This document shows positions 1 through 8,815 of a stretch of 64,000 nt of DNA, piece by piece. The position numbers and the translations under genes are program-made. The stretch is taken from positions 29,173-93,172 of the forward strand of contig NZ_CAMYOM010000013.1 of assembly GCF_947260015.1 (NCBI RefSeq), in the 5' to 3' direction. The stretch comes from an uncultured Eudoraea sp. (GTDB lineage Bacteria; Bacteroidota; Bacteroidia; Flavobacteriales; Flavobacteriaceae). Under the pieces are notes generated by a model. That model searched no databases. It had not been told where the DNA came from and worked only from the letters and a program-made list of their open reading frames with translations. Every line of letters begins with the position of its first letter. The first letter of the stretch is position 1.

Positions 1-175
1 GAATCCAGTCCTTGTATAAAATTCCATCCCGATAGCTATCGGGACCAAATCTCAATAAATGCACAAAGTTATGATGGCTTTCTTTGTAAAGCCATCCTCA
101 AGGCCGCTTCCGGAACAAAGTGGAGGAAGCAATCCAGGCCCTGTATAAAATTCCAAACTTAAATTTCAAATTTCA
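1..175. repeat. Cluster of short hairpin-forming repeat modules (REP/MITE-like), copy cluster A
   Basis: The 24-nt module aatccagNccNtgtataaaattcc occurs at 2-25 and 131-154 with 2 mismatches. The module ccatcccgatagctatcgggaccaaat at 24-50 contains the perfect 16-bp palindrome cccgatagctatcggg. aaatgcacaaa (57-67) is followed by the 9-bp-stem hairpin gatggcttt/aaagccatc (73-96). A further hairpin gcttcc...ggaagc lies at 106-130. Related modules recur at 1309-1475. Confidence 0.6.
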
Positions 176-294
176 ATAGATGTAAAGAACAAAAGAGCGT
201 TTTCGTTGTGCAAGCCTCTTAATGCCCATTTTGTAGCTCAAAAAAGTAAGCTTTAAAGTTTTTTAACGACCTAAGTTTAACAAACTCTTGCTTT

Positions 295-1278
295 ATGAAA
301 ATATTATTCTTTATTCTCGGACTTGTGACTGTTCTTAGCTGTTCTAAGAACGATGCTGATATTGAAAATCAAACAGATGAATGGTCAGTGGATGTATCTG
401 ATATTACTGGTAAATTAAACCTCTTTCCGTTAATAGAAAATCCAGAATTTTCATCAGTAAAAGACACCCGATTAGATGGCAATCAATTGGTTGGAATCGT
501 AAACTTTGGCTCACAAATAAGAGTTTATCCCTACGCACATACAAATCCATTCGAAGTTGTAAATGATGTGTCTAATGGTCAGAAATTTGCTTTTAGTTAT
601 TGTCCTATAACAAAAAGTGCCATTGCGTTTAGACGTAAAAGCATTTTTAGAGCTTCGGGACTTTTATATAAGAATAATGTTACTCCCTGGGAAAAGGATA
701 CAGAAACAATCTGGTCCCAAATGTTAGTCAAAGGCATAAATGGACCAAATATTAATAGGAGATTTAATACAATTCCAGTTGTTGAAACAACGTGGAGTAC
801 AGTAAAAGACTTCTTGCCAAATGCTAAAGTAATGAGTTTACCTGATGGCTTCTTATTTCCTGATTTTGTATCGTCCAAAACCCCAGATGAACCATCAGAT
901 GAAGAAAGTAGTGAAAACATACCAAATTCGGGGGAATTTACCTATGGTATTTTAACAAGTCAAGCAGTACATATTTTTAGATATAATGATTTTATGAATA
1001 GTAAACGAAGAGATGTTACCATTCAATCAGATAAATATCTTGTTTATGGCAATTCTGGTAAAAGAGTAATATCCGCTTTCAAAGTTTCTAGTTTTGATAG
1101 TTATCAATTATTAGAGGATGACAAATTCCCGGACATTTTTAGAGATAATAGTGGTGTTGTTTATAATTTCTTAGGTCAGGGAAGTAATGGATCAAATCTT
1201 GAAAAACCAGAAGTTGCGTATGTTGCTATTTGGAAAGCATGGCAAGATATTTTCAGTAGCTTTAAATATCAGGAATAA
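295..1278 (+). CDS. DUF3179-like lipoprotein (hypothetical)
   Basis: Lipoprotein-type signal (LGLVTVLSC). The central block VYPY...VVND...FAFSYCPITKSAIAF...SGLLYKNN...WSQM has the shape of the DUF3179 core, normally ...CPLC...F.R...sG.ly..n. Assigned by eye only. Confidence 0.5.
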   Translation: MKILFFILGLVTVLSCSKNDADIENQTDEWSVDVSDITGKLNLFPLIENPEFSSVKDTRLDGNQLVGIVNFGSQIRVYPYAHTNPFEVVNDVSNGQKFAFSYCPITKSAIAFRRKSIFRASGLLYKNNVTPWEKDTETIWSQMLVKGINGPNINRRFNTIPVVETTWSTVKDFLPNAKVMSLPDGFLFPDFVSSKTPDEPSDEESSENIPNSGEFTYGILTSQAVHIFRYNDFMNSKRRDVTIQSDKYLVYGNSGKRVISAFKVSSFDSYQLLEDDKFPDIFRDNSGVVYNFLGQGSNGSNLEKPEVAYVAIWKAWQDIFSSFKYQE

Positions 1279-1308
1279 TATTTAGCTCCTTTCACCTCTA
1301 ATTATAAG

Positions 1309-1475
1309 AAAATGCACAAAACAGGTTTTACCTTTGTAAAACCAACCGCTCCCGGGAGCTTCTCCTTCGTAATACAATGTAGAAGGAGCTATCGGCAGGC
1401 CGATTCCGAAGCTAAACGAAGGAATCTATCCAGGCCTGATGATATCCCATCCCGATAGCAATCGGGACCAAATTA
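1309..1475. repeat. Cluster of short hairpin-forming repeat modules (REP/MITE-like), copy cluster B
   Basis: aaatgcacaaa (1310-1320) is followed by the hairpin ggtttta/taaaacc (1324-1343). This hairpin shares its loop core ctttgtaaa with 73-96 but has different, still complementary, stems. Further hairpins are ctccttc/gaaggag (1362-1389) and gattcc/ggaatc (1402-1426). ccatcccgatagcaatcgggaccaaat at 1447-1473 differs by 1 mismatch from 24-50. Confidence 0.6.
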
Positions 1476-1709
1476 CAGAAAGCATCTCCAGATATCTTTT
1501 AATGCCCTTTTAAGTACTCGGCAAATATAGCTGAAGAAGGTCTTATGTGAAACGGATAAAGAACAAGGAAAAATTTATATATCCGGAAAAGTTATAGGAT
1601 AAACAGTTATTTTTATTCACATATAGTAGTTTATACTAAATTCAATGTTCTCTGTTTAGCTCGAAAAGCATTCATCAAATAGAGCACCGATAATTTTAAA
1701 CATGATAAT

Positions 1710-2273
1710 ATGAAATCTCTAAATAAAAATGCTGTGTTATTAATTTTTTGTTTTTCATTCTCAGTAGTGAATGCACAGCATGAAATTAAACCTGAAAAAG
1801 GATATACGCCTCAAATCGGTTTAATGGTAGATATGCTGGAAGAATTAAAGGATCGACTTACAGAAGACATCAATGATTTAGATCAGGCGGAAACGGATTA
1901 CTTATTTGACGACAAGGCTAACAGTATTGGGGCCATAATTATGCATTTGGTGGCCACCGAAGCATACACCCAGGTTGAAACTTTAGAAGAACGCACCTGG
2001 ACTGTTGAAGAAAGAGAATTTTGGCTAATTGCCGCTGGTTTGGGAGCAGAATCAAGAGACAAACTAAAAGGAAAACCTATAAAATATTATTTGGATCAAT
2101 GGGATCAGGTTCGGGGAAAAACACTCAAAGGTCTTAAAGCCAAAGATGATGCGTGGTTTGCAGCAACCATAGATGAGAGCATGAACAACCATTGGGCATG
2201 GTTTCATGTTTTGGAACATCAGGCCAATCATATGGGGCAGATAGCAATGGTGAAAAAGAGACTACCAGAGTAA
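1710..2273 (+). CDS. DinB-family protein with signal peptide
   Basis: His-containing helices typical of the DinB/DUF664 four-helix bundle (IIMHLVATEAY..., WFHVLEHQANHMGQI). N-terminal signal sequence. Confidence 0.65.
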   Translation: MKSLNKNAVLLIFCFSFSVVNAQHEIKPEKGYTPQIGLMVDMLEELKDRLTEDINDLDQAETDYLFDDKANSIGAIIMHLVATEAYTQVETLEERTWTVEEREFWLIAAGLGAESRDKLKGKPIKYYLDQWDQVRGKTLKGLKAKDDAWFAATIDESMNNHWAWFHVLEHQANHMGQIAMVKKRLPE

Positions 2274-2383
2274 TCTGGATTTTTATATCTACAATTCATC
2301 GCTATCTTAGAACACATAACAAAAGTTCCCATTTTTAAATTAAACAATCTAGCAGGATATCTTCGAGCCATTAATAGCCCATC

Positions 2384-2821
2384 ATGAAAAAAAGAAAAAT
2401 TATTGCCTCTGTATTGATAATAATTGCGCTAATTCTTGGGTCAATATTTTTCTCGGAGATAATGTTTCCAGTGGGTTGGGAAGGCTATTTTAAAACAGAG
2501 TATTACGGCCAATTTGGACCTTTGGCCATTTGTGTTGAGCTCCTGATTGCCGGTATTTATATGTTTATCGCACATCCCAAGACCAATTTCACTATGGCTC
2601 TATTTGCATTTACGGTATTGTCGGATCTTTTCTTTAATATAATTGGACTTATTACAACACTGGTGCCTGTTTATGCGCTGGTCATTTTTTTGTGTTGTGC
2701 TGTATTGGCGCTCTGGCTGGCCTTTTCAAATGCATTTAGCCTGGGACGCATATCTTTAGCAGCAGCCTTTGGCAGTTTTATATTAGGCAATGCCGTAGAA
2801 CTGTTCTTTAATTATTTATAA
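2384..2821 (+). CDS. Hypothetical integral membrane protein (about 4 TM)
   Basis: Long uninterrupted ORF, strongly hydrophobic throughout. No recognisable motif. Confidence 0.45.
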   Translation: MKKRKIIASVLIIIALILGSIFFSEIMFPVGWEGYFKTEYYGQFGPLAICVELLIAGIYMFIAHPKTNFTMALFAFTVLSDLFFNIIGLITTLVPVYALVIFLCCAVLALWLAFSNAFSLGRISLAAAFGSFILGNAVELFFNYL

Positions 2822-2924
2822 ATAGCCTAATTGAAAATATCTATTTCAATTATTCTTTGAAATTCCATTTGTTGCCAACATTTAATTGTTTTTATCCCAA
2901 TAAAGATGTACCAAATAAAAAATA

Positions 2925-3479
2925 ATGTACAAAGAATTTGAAACGGAAAGATTACTTATTAAGCCAACTTCAGTTGAAGATGCAGAATTTATTTATCAAC
3001 TTATAAATACTCCAAAGTTTATTAAATATATTGGAGATAGAGATATCAAATCTATTGAAAGTGCAAATGATTATATTAAAACCAAAATGTTACCACAGCT
3101 CAAAAGACTTGGATATTCTAATTACACAATATTTCGTAAATCAGACCATATAAAAATAGGAACTTGTGGACTTTATGATAGAGAAGGATTAGCTGGTATA
3201 GATCTTGGGTTTGCATTTCTCCCCGGATATGAAAGGAAAGGTTATGCCTTTGAATCTGCAAATAGATTGAAACAAGCGGCCTTTGAAGAATTTGAAATTA
3301 AAGAAATTAAGGCAATTACATCAAAAGAGAATATTTCCTCTCAAAGGCTTTTAGATAAATTGGGATTAGAAATGACAGGTACAATTATACTTCCAAATGA
3401 AGATGAGGAACTCTTATTGTATAAAATTCAGAAAACAGGCTGCAATACTAAGAAAACGGCATTTATTAAAACTTCCTAA
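2925..3479 (+). CDS. GNAT family N-acetyltransferase (RimJ/RimL-like)
   Basis: N-terminal TERLLIKP motif and the acetyl-CoA-binding-like block YERKGYAFESANRL. Length is typical of the family. Confidence 0.8.
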   Translation: MYKEFETERLLIKPTSVEDAEFIYQLINTPKFIKYIGDRDIKSIESANDYIKTKMLPQLKRLGYSNYTIFRKSDHIKIGTCGLYDREGLAGIDLGFAFLPGYERKGYAFESANRLKQAAFEEFEIKEIKAITSKENISSQRLLDKLGLEMTGTIILPNEDEELLLYKIQKTGCNTKKTAFIKTS

Positions 3480-4011
3480 TCCAAAGAAAAAGCTACTATT
3501 GAAACCAAAAGAAGTAATATTAAGAGAACTCCATCTATCTGATATTTCTCAATTAGCAAAACTTGCCAATAATAAGAATATATGGGTTAATTTAAGAGAT
3601 TCTTTTCCTTATCCCTATGATGAAAGTGATGCAAAGTTTTTTATAAACTTAGTAACAAATGAAAAACCTAAACAGCATTTCGGAATAGAATATGAAGGGG
3701 ATCTCTGCGGGGTAGTAGGACTAGTCCTTCAGAAGGATGTTTACAGAAAATCAGCCGAAATTGGTTATTGGATTGGAGAGCCCTATTGGGGTAAAGGAAT
3801 AGCCACAAAAGCTATTAAATTAATTACCAATTATGGGTTTGAAGACTTAAAATTGGACAGAATCCATGCAGGGGTCTTTGAATTTAATATTTCCTCAATG
3901 AAGGCGCTTGAGAAAAACGGATATAAAAAAGAAGGTGTTTTTAAAAAGGCAATATTCAAAAATGATAAAGTTTTAGATGAACACAGATACTTTAAGTTAA
4001 ACGAATTCTAA
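3397..4011 (+). CDS. GNAT family N-acetyltransferase, second tandem copy (real start probably near 3499)
   Basis: VILRELHLSD..., YWGKGIATKAIKLI and LDRIHAGVFEFNISSMKALEKNGYKKEG are classic RimL-type GNAT blocks. The ATG at 3397 overlaps the upstream GNAT by 83 nt. An in-frame TTG at 3499, just before the conserved LKPKEVILREL, is a more plausible start. Confidence 0.75.
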   Translation: MKMRNSYCIKFRKQAAILRKRHLLKLPNPKKKLLLKPKEVILRELHLSDISQLAKLANNKNIWVNLRDSFPYPYDESDAKFFINLVTNEKPKQHFGIEYEGDLCGVVGLVLQKDVYRKSAEIGYWIGEPYWGKGIATKAIKLITNYGFEDLKLDRIHAGVFEFNISSMKALEKNGYKKEGVFKKAIFKNDKVLDEHRYFKLNEF

Positions 4012-4080
4012 TGCTGCCTTATAAAAAAAGTTATTTTAGAAATTAGAAGATACCCATAGAGGTTCATTAAGATTAAGATA

Positions 4081-4638
4081 ATGAAGATGAACAGGTACAT
4101 ATTAATCCCTTTAGTAATTGTAATCATACTAATTGCAATTTTCATAATTGTTTCTTCAACGCTTACTTCAGTAATAGTATTTATACCCGGAACAATTCTT
4201 ACCTATATAGTTTATTTAAATACATTTTATAAGAAGACACCAACTCCTGAAAGGATATTACCTTTATACCTATTGTTATTGGGAATTCAATTTCTCCACT
4301 TTACTGAAGAGTATTTAACAGACTTTATTATAGAAGTACCCAAATTATTAGGTCAGGAAGCATACCCATTAGACTATTGGTTAGTCTTTAATATGGTAGC
4401 CTATTTCATTTTTATAATTGGAGGAATCTTTTTGTTTAAGCAAATAAAGGAGTTGATGATAATTCCCCTTTTTTTCATCCTTGTAGGAGTATTATTGAAT
4501 TCTATTGGACATATCCTGATATCAATTTATGTTGGAGAATATTTTTCCGGACTATATACAGCTTTAATTTATATAGTAATTGGTCCTATATTAATGAAGA
4601 GAGTTTTGGATGAAACAAAAACTAGTATTAAGGCTTAG
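4081..4638 (+). CDS. HXXEE-motif membrane protein
   Basis: Multi-TM protein with the sequence LHFTEEY (H-x-x-E-E) at the start of a helix, as in the HXXEE domain family. Confidence 0.5.
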   Translation: MKMNRYILIPLVIVIILIAIFIIVSSTLTSVIVFIPGTILTYIVYLNTFYKKTPTPERILPLYLLLLGIQFLHFTEEYLTDFIIEVPKLLGQEAYPLDYWLVFNMVAYFIFIIGGIFLFKQIKELMIIPLFFILVGVLLNSIGHILISIYVGEYFSGLYTALIYIVIGPILMKRVLDETKTSIKA

Positions 4639-4913
4639 AAATATTAGAAAGAAATTAGAAGATGTTTGTTCATATTCTATAAACTCCAGGTATTCCCAAT
4701 GTCGGATAGCGGATTACAACCCAGATATTCTCCCGGAATAGGATGATAACTCAGAACATTTTTTCCAATTTATTCACTGGAGTAGTTAATTTCAAAATAT
4801 TTACATATGAGGCAAATAGATCTGCAAATAATATTATAGTTTTATTAACTTGGGGTTTTTAAAACGGAAAAACCAGAAACAGATTAATCATTAATCTATC
4901 AAAACAAAAAAAT

Positions 4914-5429
4914 ATGAAAAACATGAACACCATCTCCAACCGAATTAAATTTCTTGCTCCCCTATTTGTTTTTGCATTTGTAATTCAAAGCTGCAACCAG
5001 GCACCCAAAGAAGTTGAAAAAGAACAAATAGTCGAGGCAGAAAAGCCCGAGTATTTTTTGCTTCGTCCTGAAACGGAAAAAGCCTATGGGTATTCTCATG
5101 CCGTGAAAATTGGCAACGATATTAAAATATCCGGAGCTGTTAGTATGGACAACGACGGAAATCCAACCGCTGTAGGGGATTTTGAGCAACAAATGAAAAA
5201 TTGCTACGCGGATCTGGATAAGATATTAAAGCATTATGGGTGCACTTTTGACGATGTTGTTGTTGAGAATGTATTTACAACTAATATGCCTTTATTTCTG
5301 GAACACGCCGCTTATAGGAATACCGTTTATACAAAGCAGTTTCCTACAGGCTCCTGGCTTGGTGTTAAGGAATTGGCATTACCCGAGTTTATGATAGAAA
5401 TTGAATTGGAAGTGCATAAAAGCGAATAG
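4914..5429 (+). CDS. RidA/YjgF-family (endoribonuclease L-PSP fold) protein with lipoprotein-like signal
   Basis: The blocks GYSHAVKIGNDIKISGAVSMD and ...VVENVFTTNM...IEIELEV resemble RidA family signatures. N-terminal hydrophobic segment ending in QSC. Confidence 0.7.
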   Translation: MKNMNTISNRIKFLAPLFVFAFVIQSCNQAPKEVEKEQIVEAEKPEYFLLRPETEKAYGYSHAVKIGNDIKISGAVSMDNDGNPTAVGDFEQQMKNCYADLDKILKHYGCTFDDVVVENVFTTNMPLFLEHAAYRNTVYTKQFPTGSWLGVKELALPEFMIEIELEVHKSE

Positions 5430-5505
5430 ATAGTTCCGTAGAGTACACTCGGAGAAGTCTTTTCGGAAAATAATATGTCCACAATCTATATCTAAACAAG
5501 TTTAA

Positions 5506-5880
5506 ATGAATTTAAATCAAATAACTATTCCATCCCTTGATTTGACTAAATCCATTCCATTCTATGAAAAGATCGGATTAAAACTAATTGTTAAGGCCTT
5601 ACCACATTACGCAAGATTTGAATGTCCTGATGGGGATAGTACTTTTTCTATACACCAAACCGAAAAACTACCTTCAGGAGATGGAATATATGTGTATTTT
5701 GAATGCGAAGATCTGGATGAGTACGTAGGTAAGTTATTTTCCAAAGGAATCGAATTTGACGAATTACCGAATGATAAACCCTGGCTATGGAGGGAGGCCA
5801 GGCTAAAAGATCCTGATGGTAATCAATTAATACTGTATTACGGAGGAGTGAACAGGAGGAATCCTCCATGGAAAATCTAG
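5506..5880 (+). CDS. VOC / glyoxalase-bleomycin resistance family protein
   Basis: About 124 aa with paired beta-alpha-beta-beta-beta module features (ITIPSLDL..SIPFYEKIGL; RLKDPDGNQLILY). Confidence 0.7.
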   Translation: MNLNQITIPSLDLTKSIPFYEKIGLKLIVKALPHYARFECPDGDSTFSIHQTEKLPSGDGIYVYFECEDLDEYVGKLFSKGIEFDELPNDKPWLWREARLKDPDGNQLILYYGGVNRRNPPWKI

Positions 5881-6047
5881 AAATTCAGCCTGGCATTGTA
5901 CAGGATCTGCCAAATAATTGAATATTTCTGAATTATTTAGTAATATTTTTCTATTTTTAAATACTCCCTCGAAGACAGCACGTCCCGCCCTGTTTGTCTT
6001 ATCAACCATATATTTATAAGTAAGATAAAAATTCCGATCCCTTAACT

Positions 6048-6575
6048 ATGCCGCTATTTGACCAAAATATTTGCTTTTATGATTACCTGAAAATCCCTAT
6101 TCTAATTCTTGCGCTTTTATCTTGGAGTACATTTTATTCTCAAAAAGAAAAAAATAAGGCAACTCCCTTTGTAACAGTATATGATCTGAATGGTATAAAA
6201 ATATCCAAGGGTAGAATCGCCGTCCTAACGGACACTTCCCTGGTAACCGGGCCCAGAGAAAAACCCGTAACTATTGAAGTAACCAGTATTGGTTCTATAA
6301 AAACAAAACGATCAGCGGGGCATAATATCCTCATGGGTGCGGTTATAGGCACAGGAACCGGAGCAATTTTGGGGTTCGCAACAGGCGGTGAAGGTGAATG
6401 GTGGGGCAAAGGTGAGGGTGCTGGTGGTTTTGGATTTATTTTTGGAGCCGTGGGTGCAGGAATAGGTGCAATCACGGCAATTTTTAAAAAAACAAATACC
6501 TTTTCAATTGACGGTGATACCATAAAATGGAAAGCATTCAGAGAAGCGATAGGTGAGCAAAGCCCGCTGCCTTAA
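6048..6575 (+). CDS. Hypothetical protein with glycine-zipper membrane segment
   Basis: Signal-like segment, then the Gly-rich stretch GAVIGTGTGAILGFATGG...GAGGFGFIFGAVGAGIGAI. The start codon is uncertain. Confidence 0.4.
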   Translation: MPLFDQNICFYDYLKIPILILALLSWSTFYSQKEKNKATPFVTVYDLNGIKISKGRIAVLTDTSLVTGPREKPVTIEVTSIGSIKTKRSAGHNILMGAVIGTGTGAILGFATGGEGEWWGKGEGAGGFGFIFGAVGAGIGAITAIFKKTNTFSIDGDTIKWKAFREAIGEQSPLP

Positions 6576-6676
6576 AAAGGTGTTGGTAATCGTTTTTGTT
6601 AAACCCGCTGTTATATTTTTAAAGGCATTTAATATTATACCCTTATCAACGGCTTTTGAGATATATTGAACCCCTG

Positions 6677-7066
6677 TTATTTCCCACTTTTTTGCATCTT
6701 CCTCGTTTCCACAAAAGTGCCAACTACTTTACCACTTTTTCTAGCCAGTACAACGGCTTCTTCCATTCGTTTTACAATCTTTTCATGCCGCACCTGCTCG
6801 GAAACACTACAAGATTGAGATAAGTCATAGATGAGTAATGGCATTTTATCTCCAGCACCATTAGCTGCGAGCCCTACTACATGTTCAGAGCCAATATTAG
6901 AAGTAAAAATAGAAGCACCAACTATAAACCACCCAATATTACGACCCGCCAGGAAATAATCCTCGGTGTTCTTTTGTTTTTGCTTTATAACTCAAAATGC
7001 TACTCCAAGCAATATAATAAAGTATGCCGTAATTACTACCCAATCTAAAGAATCAAATCCTTTCAT
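6677..7066 (-). pseudogene. Decayed chimeric remnant: sodium:solute symporter (SSS) N-terminus with in-frame TGA, joined to an unrelated C-terminal fragment
   Basis: My hand translation of the minus strand from the ATG at 7066 is [128 protein letters not shown]. The first roughly 65 residues match the canonical SSS N-terminus (DYFLAGR..GW...[14 protein letters not shown]). The TGA at 6992-6994 sits where a Trp is expected. The frame ends after about 130 codons instead of about 500. Confidence 0.55.
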
Positions 7067-7277
7067 AAATTATACTTTTGATACGTATCTGTTCCAAAGA
7101 AAATGGAATTATAATTTCAGATTAAATTTTTCGCTTGTTAAAATAATCAAAACCGATTAACCTGATACCAATTTTTAATCTACCCGGAATACTAAAGTGA
7201 CAATTAGAGATCAAGTAAAGAAATGAGCTTAGATAAAAATAGGCTGTTTATTGGTTCTGTATTGTTTTTAGAAGTAG

Positions 7278-7460
7278 TCATTGTTCCAGGTTATTGGCCC
7301 GGAAACTTTCAAGATCGTTGTTAATGAATTCTATTGATAATTCTATAGGATTACAGCATATCTCGCAATCTTCAACGTAATTCTGCCTTTGAATAGAGGG
7401 GTCCAGCAGCATTGATATTTCTTCCCAGCAATAGGGGCACTGAAAGTAGTGTTCGTACAT
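7278..7460 (-). CDS. CPXCG-type cysteine-rich small protein (zinc-ribbon-like)
   Basis: CPYCW...EDCEICCNPI pattern in a 60-aa protein. It starts 8 nt after the TolC-like gene ends, so it is likely co-transcribed. Confidence 0.6.
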   Translation of the reverse strand: MYEHYFQCPYCWEEISMLLDPSIQRQNYVEDCEICCNPIELSIEFINNDLESFRANNLEQ

Positions 7461-7468
7461 CGAAGAGA

Positions 7469-8815
7469 TTAAAAGTCTACATTCAATAACTGACCGGTTA
7501 ATTGCAAAAGCTCTAATTCGGCTAGTTTGGCATCGTACTTTGCGAGGTTTTTGGTGGTTTGAGCAGTTAAGAGATTAATCTGAGCCTGTCTGAATTCTAT
7601 TGATGTAATCCTTCCCAGTTGATATTGCTCCCTTGATCGTTCAAAATTATTCTGATTGGTAATTACTGCTTTCTCCTGGATTTGATATATCGTCAATCTA
7701 TTTTCATAAGTTTCAATGGCATTCTCAATATTCCGCTCTACCTCAAGTTCAACCTGCTTTTTTAATAACTCCTGATTTTCTAAGGCTATTTTAGCATTCC
7801 TAACCTGAACAGTAGTAATTCCACCATCAAAAAGATTCCAGGTAAGGCCCGCACTTAGATTTAGATTTAAAGTGCTATTGTTGACTCCGGGAAAGAAAGC
7901 GGAGGCGGCACTTTGATTTAAATTCCAACCATATGAACCCGTTAAACCAATCACCGGTAAATACCCGGATTTACTTACTTTGACGTCATATTCGTTTATG
8001 GACAGATTCCTTTCCGTTTGGAGGAGGGCCAGGTTGTTTATTGATACATCATCAACCATCGCTTGCAATTCCAGCATCGGTATGAAAGTAATTAATGTAT
8101 CTACCTCATATAAGTTTGTTACCTCCTGGTTGAGTACAACATTTAAATCGCGTTTGGTGTTTTTCAATAATCTCTGGGTATTTAGGAGAATTATACTATC
8201 ATTGGTAACATCAACTTCTGCATTTAATACATCCAACTGTGTGTTTTGCCCATACTCAAATGCGTATTGGGCCCTTTTAATCCGATCCTTTGAAACCTCC
8301 AAAGCTTCTTTCTGTGCAAATTCATTTTCAGATAAACGGGCAACTTCAAAATAGATACTCAATAACTGAAGTATGGTGTTTTGGATAGTTTCCCTGGCCT
8401 GCAATTCCGTTAATTGGTACTGTTCCTTCAGCCTTTTATAATTGTATCTGCGTCCTAAGCCATCAAAAAGAATATAGTTTAAATTCAGCCCCGCATTATA
8501 GCGCTGTGCTTCGGCTTTATTAATTTCAAAATTCGGCCTGGGAATTCCATTTTCATCTACCTGGCCCGGAAATTCAATAGTAGAATCATCCCTGTTATAA
8601 GTAGCTCCGGCTGAACCCGTTAGGCTTGGTAAAAATCCAGTGTTTAATACTCCCTGATTATTATCGGCAATTTCAACAGTATTTTCGGCAAATTTTATAC
8701 CAAAATTCTGCTCTAATGCGAGTGCTATGGCCTCACTTTTGGACAATAAATTCTCCTGTGCATTAGCATTAAAACTCAATGCTAATAGCACTAATACCGT
8801 ATAATGTATTTTCAT
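7469..8815 (-). CDS. TolC-family outer-membrane efflux protein
   Basis: Signal peptide and two-repeat coiled-coil/beta-barrel architecture. Its start overlaps the RND permease stop by 4 nt. Confidence 0.85.
   Translation of the reverse strand: MKIHYTVLVLLALSFNANAQENLLSKSEAIALALEQNFGIKFAENTVEIADNNQGVLNTGFLPSLTGSAGATYNRDDSTIEFPGQVDENGIPRPNFEINKAEAQRYNAGLNLNYILFDGLGRRYNYKRLKEQYQLTELQARETIQNTILQLLSIYFEVARLSENEFAQKEALEVSKDRIKRAQYAFEYGQNTQLDVLNAEVDVTNDSIILLNTQRLLKNTKRDLNVVLNQEVTNLYEVDTLITFIPMLELQAMVDDVSINNLALLQTERNLSINEYDVKVSKSGYLPVIGLTGSYGWNLNQSAASAFFPGVNNSTLNLNLSAGLTWNLFDGGITTVQVRNAKIALENQELLKKQVELEVERNIENAIETYENRLTIYQIQEKAVITNQNNFERSREQYQLGRITSIEFRQAQINLLTAQTTKNLAKYDAKLAELELLQLTGQLLNVDF

Noticed and set aside
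5827-6009. 60-aa minus-strand ORF at the 3' end of the VOC gene
   Set aside because: It overlaps the VOC coding end, is at the minimum-length cut-off and has no recognisable features.
6140-6523. 127-aa minus-strand ORF rich in Pro/Ala/Ile opposite the glycine-zipper gene
   Set aside because: It is the mirror image of a Gly-rich coding stretch (GGN read as NCC). It has no start context or motif, so I treat it as a shadow ORF, although the plus-strand call itself is only moderately supported.
6966-7160. 64-aa plus-strand ORF in the track
   Set aside because: It overlaps the minus-strand SSS-symporter remnant, whose translation is clearly homologous to a known family. The plus-strand product is low-complexity with no recognisable features.
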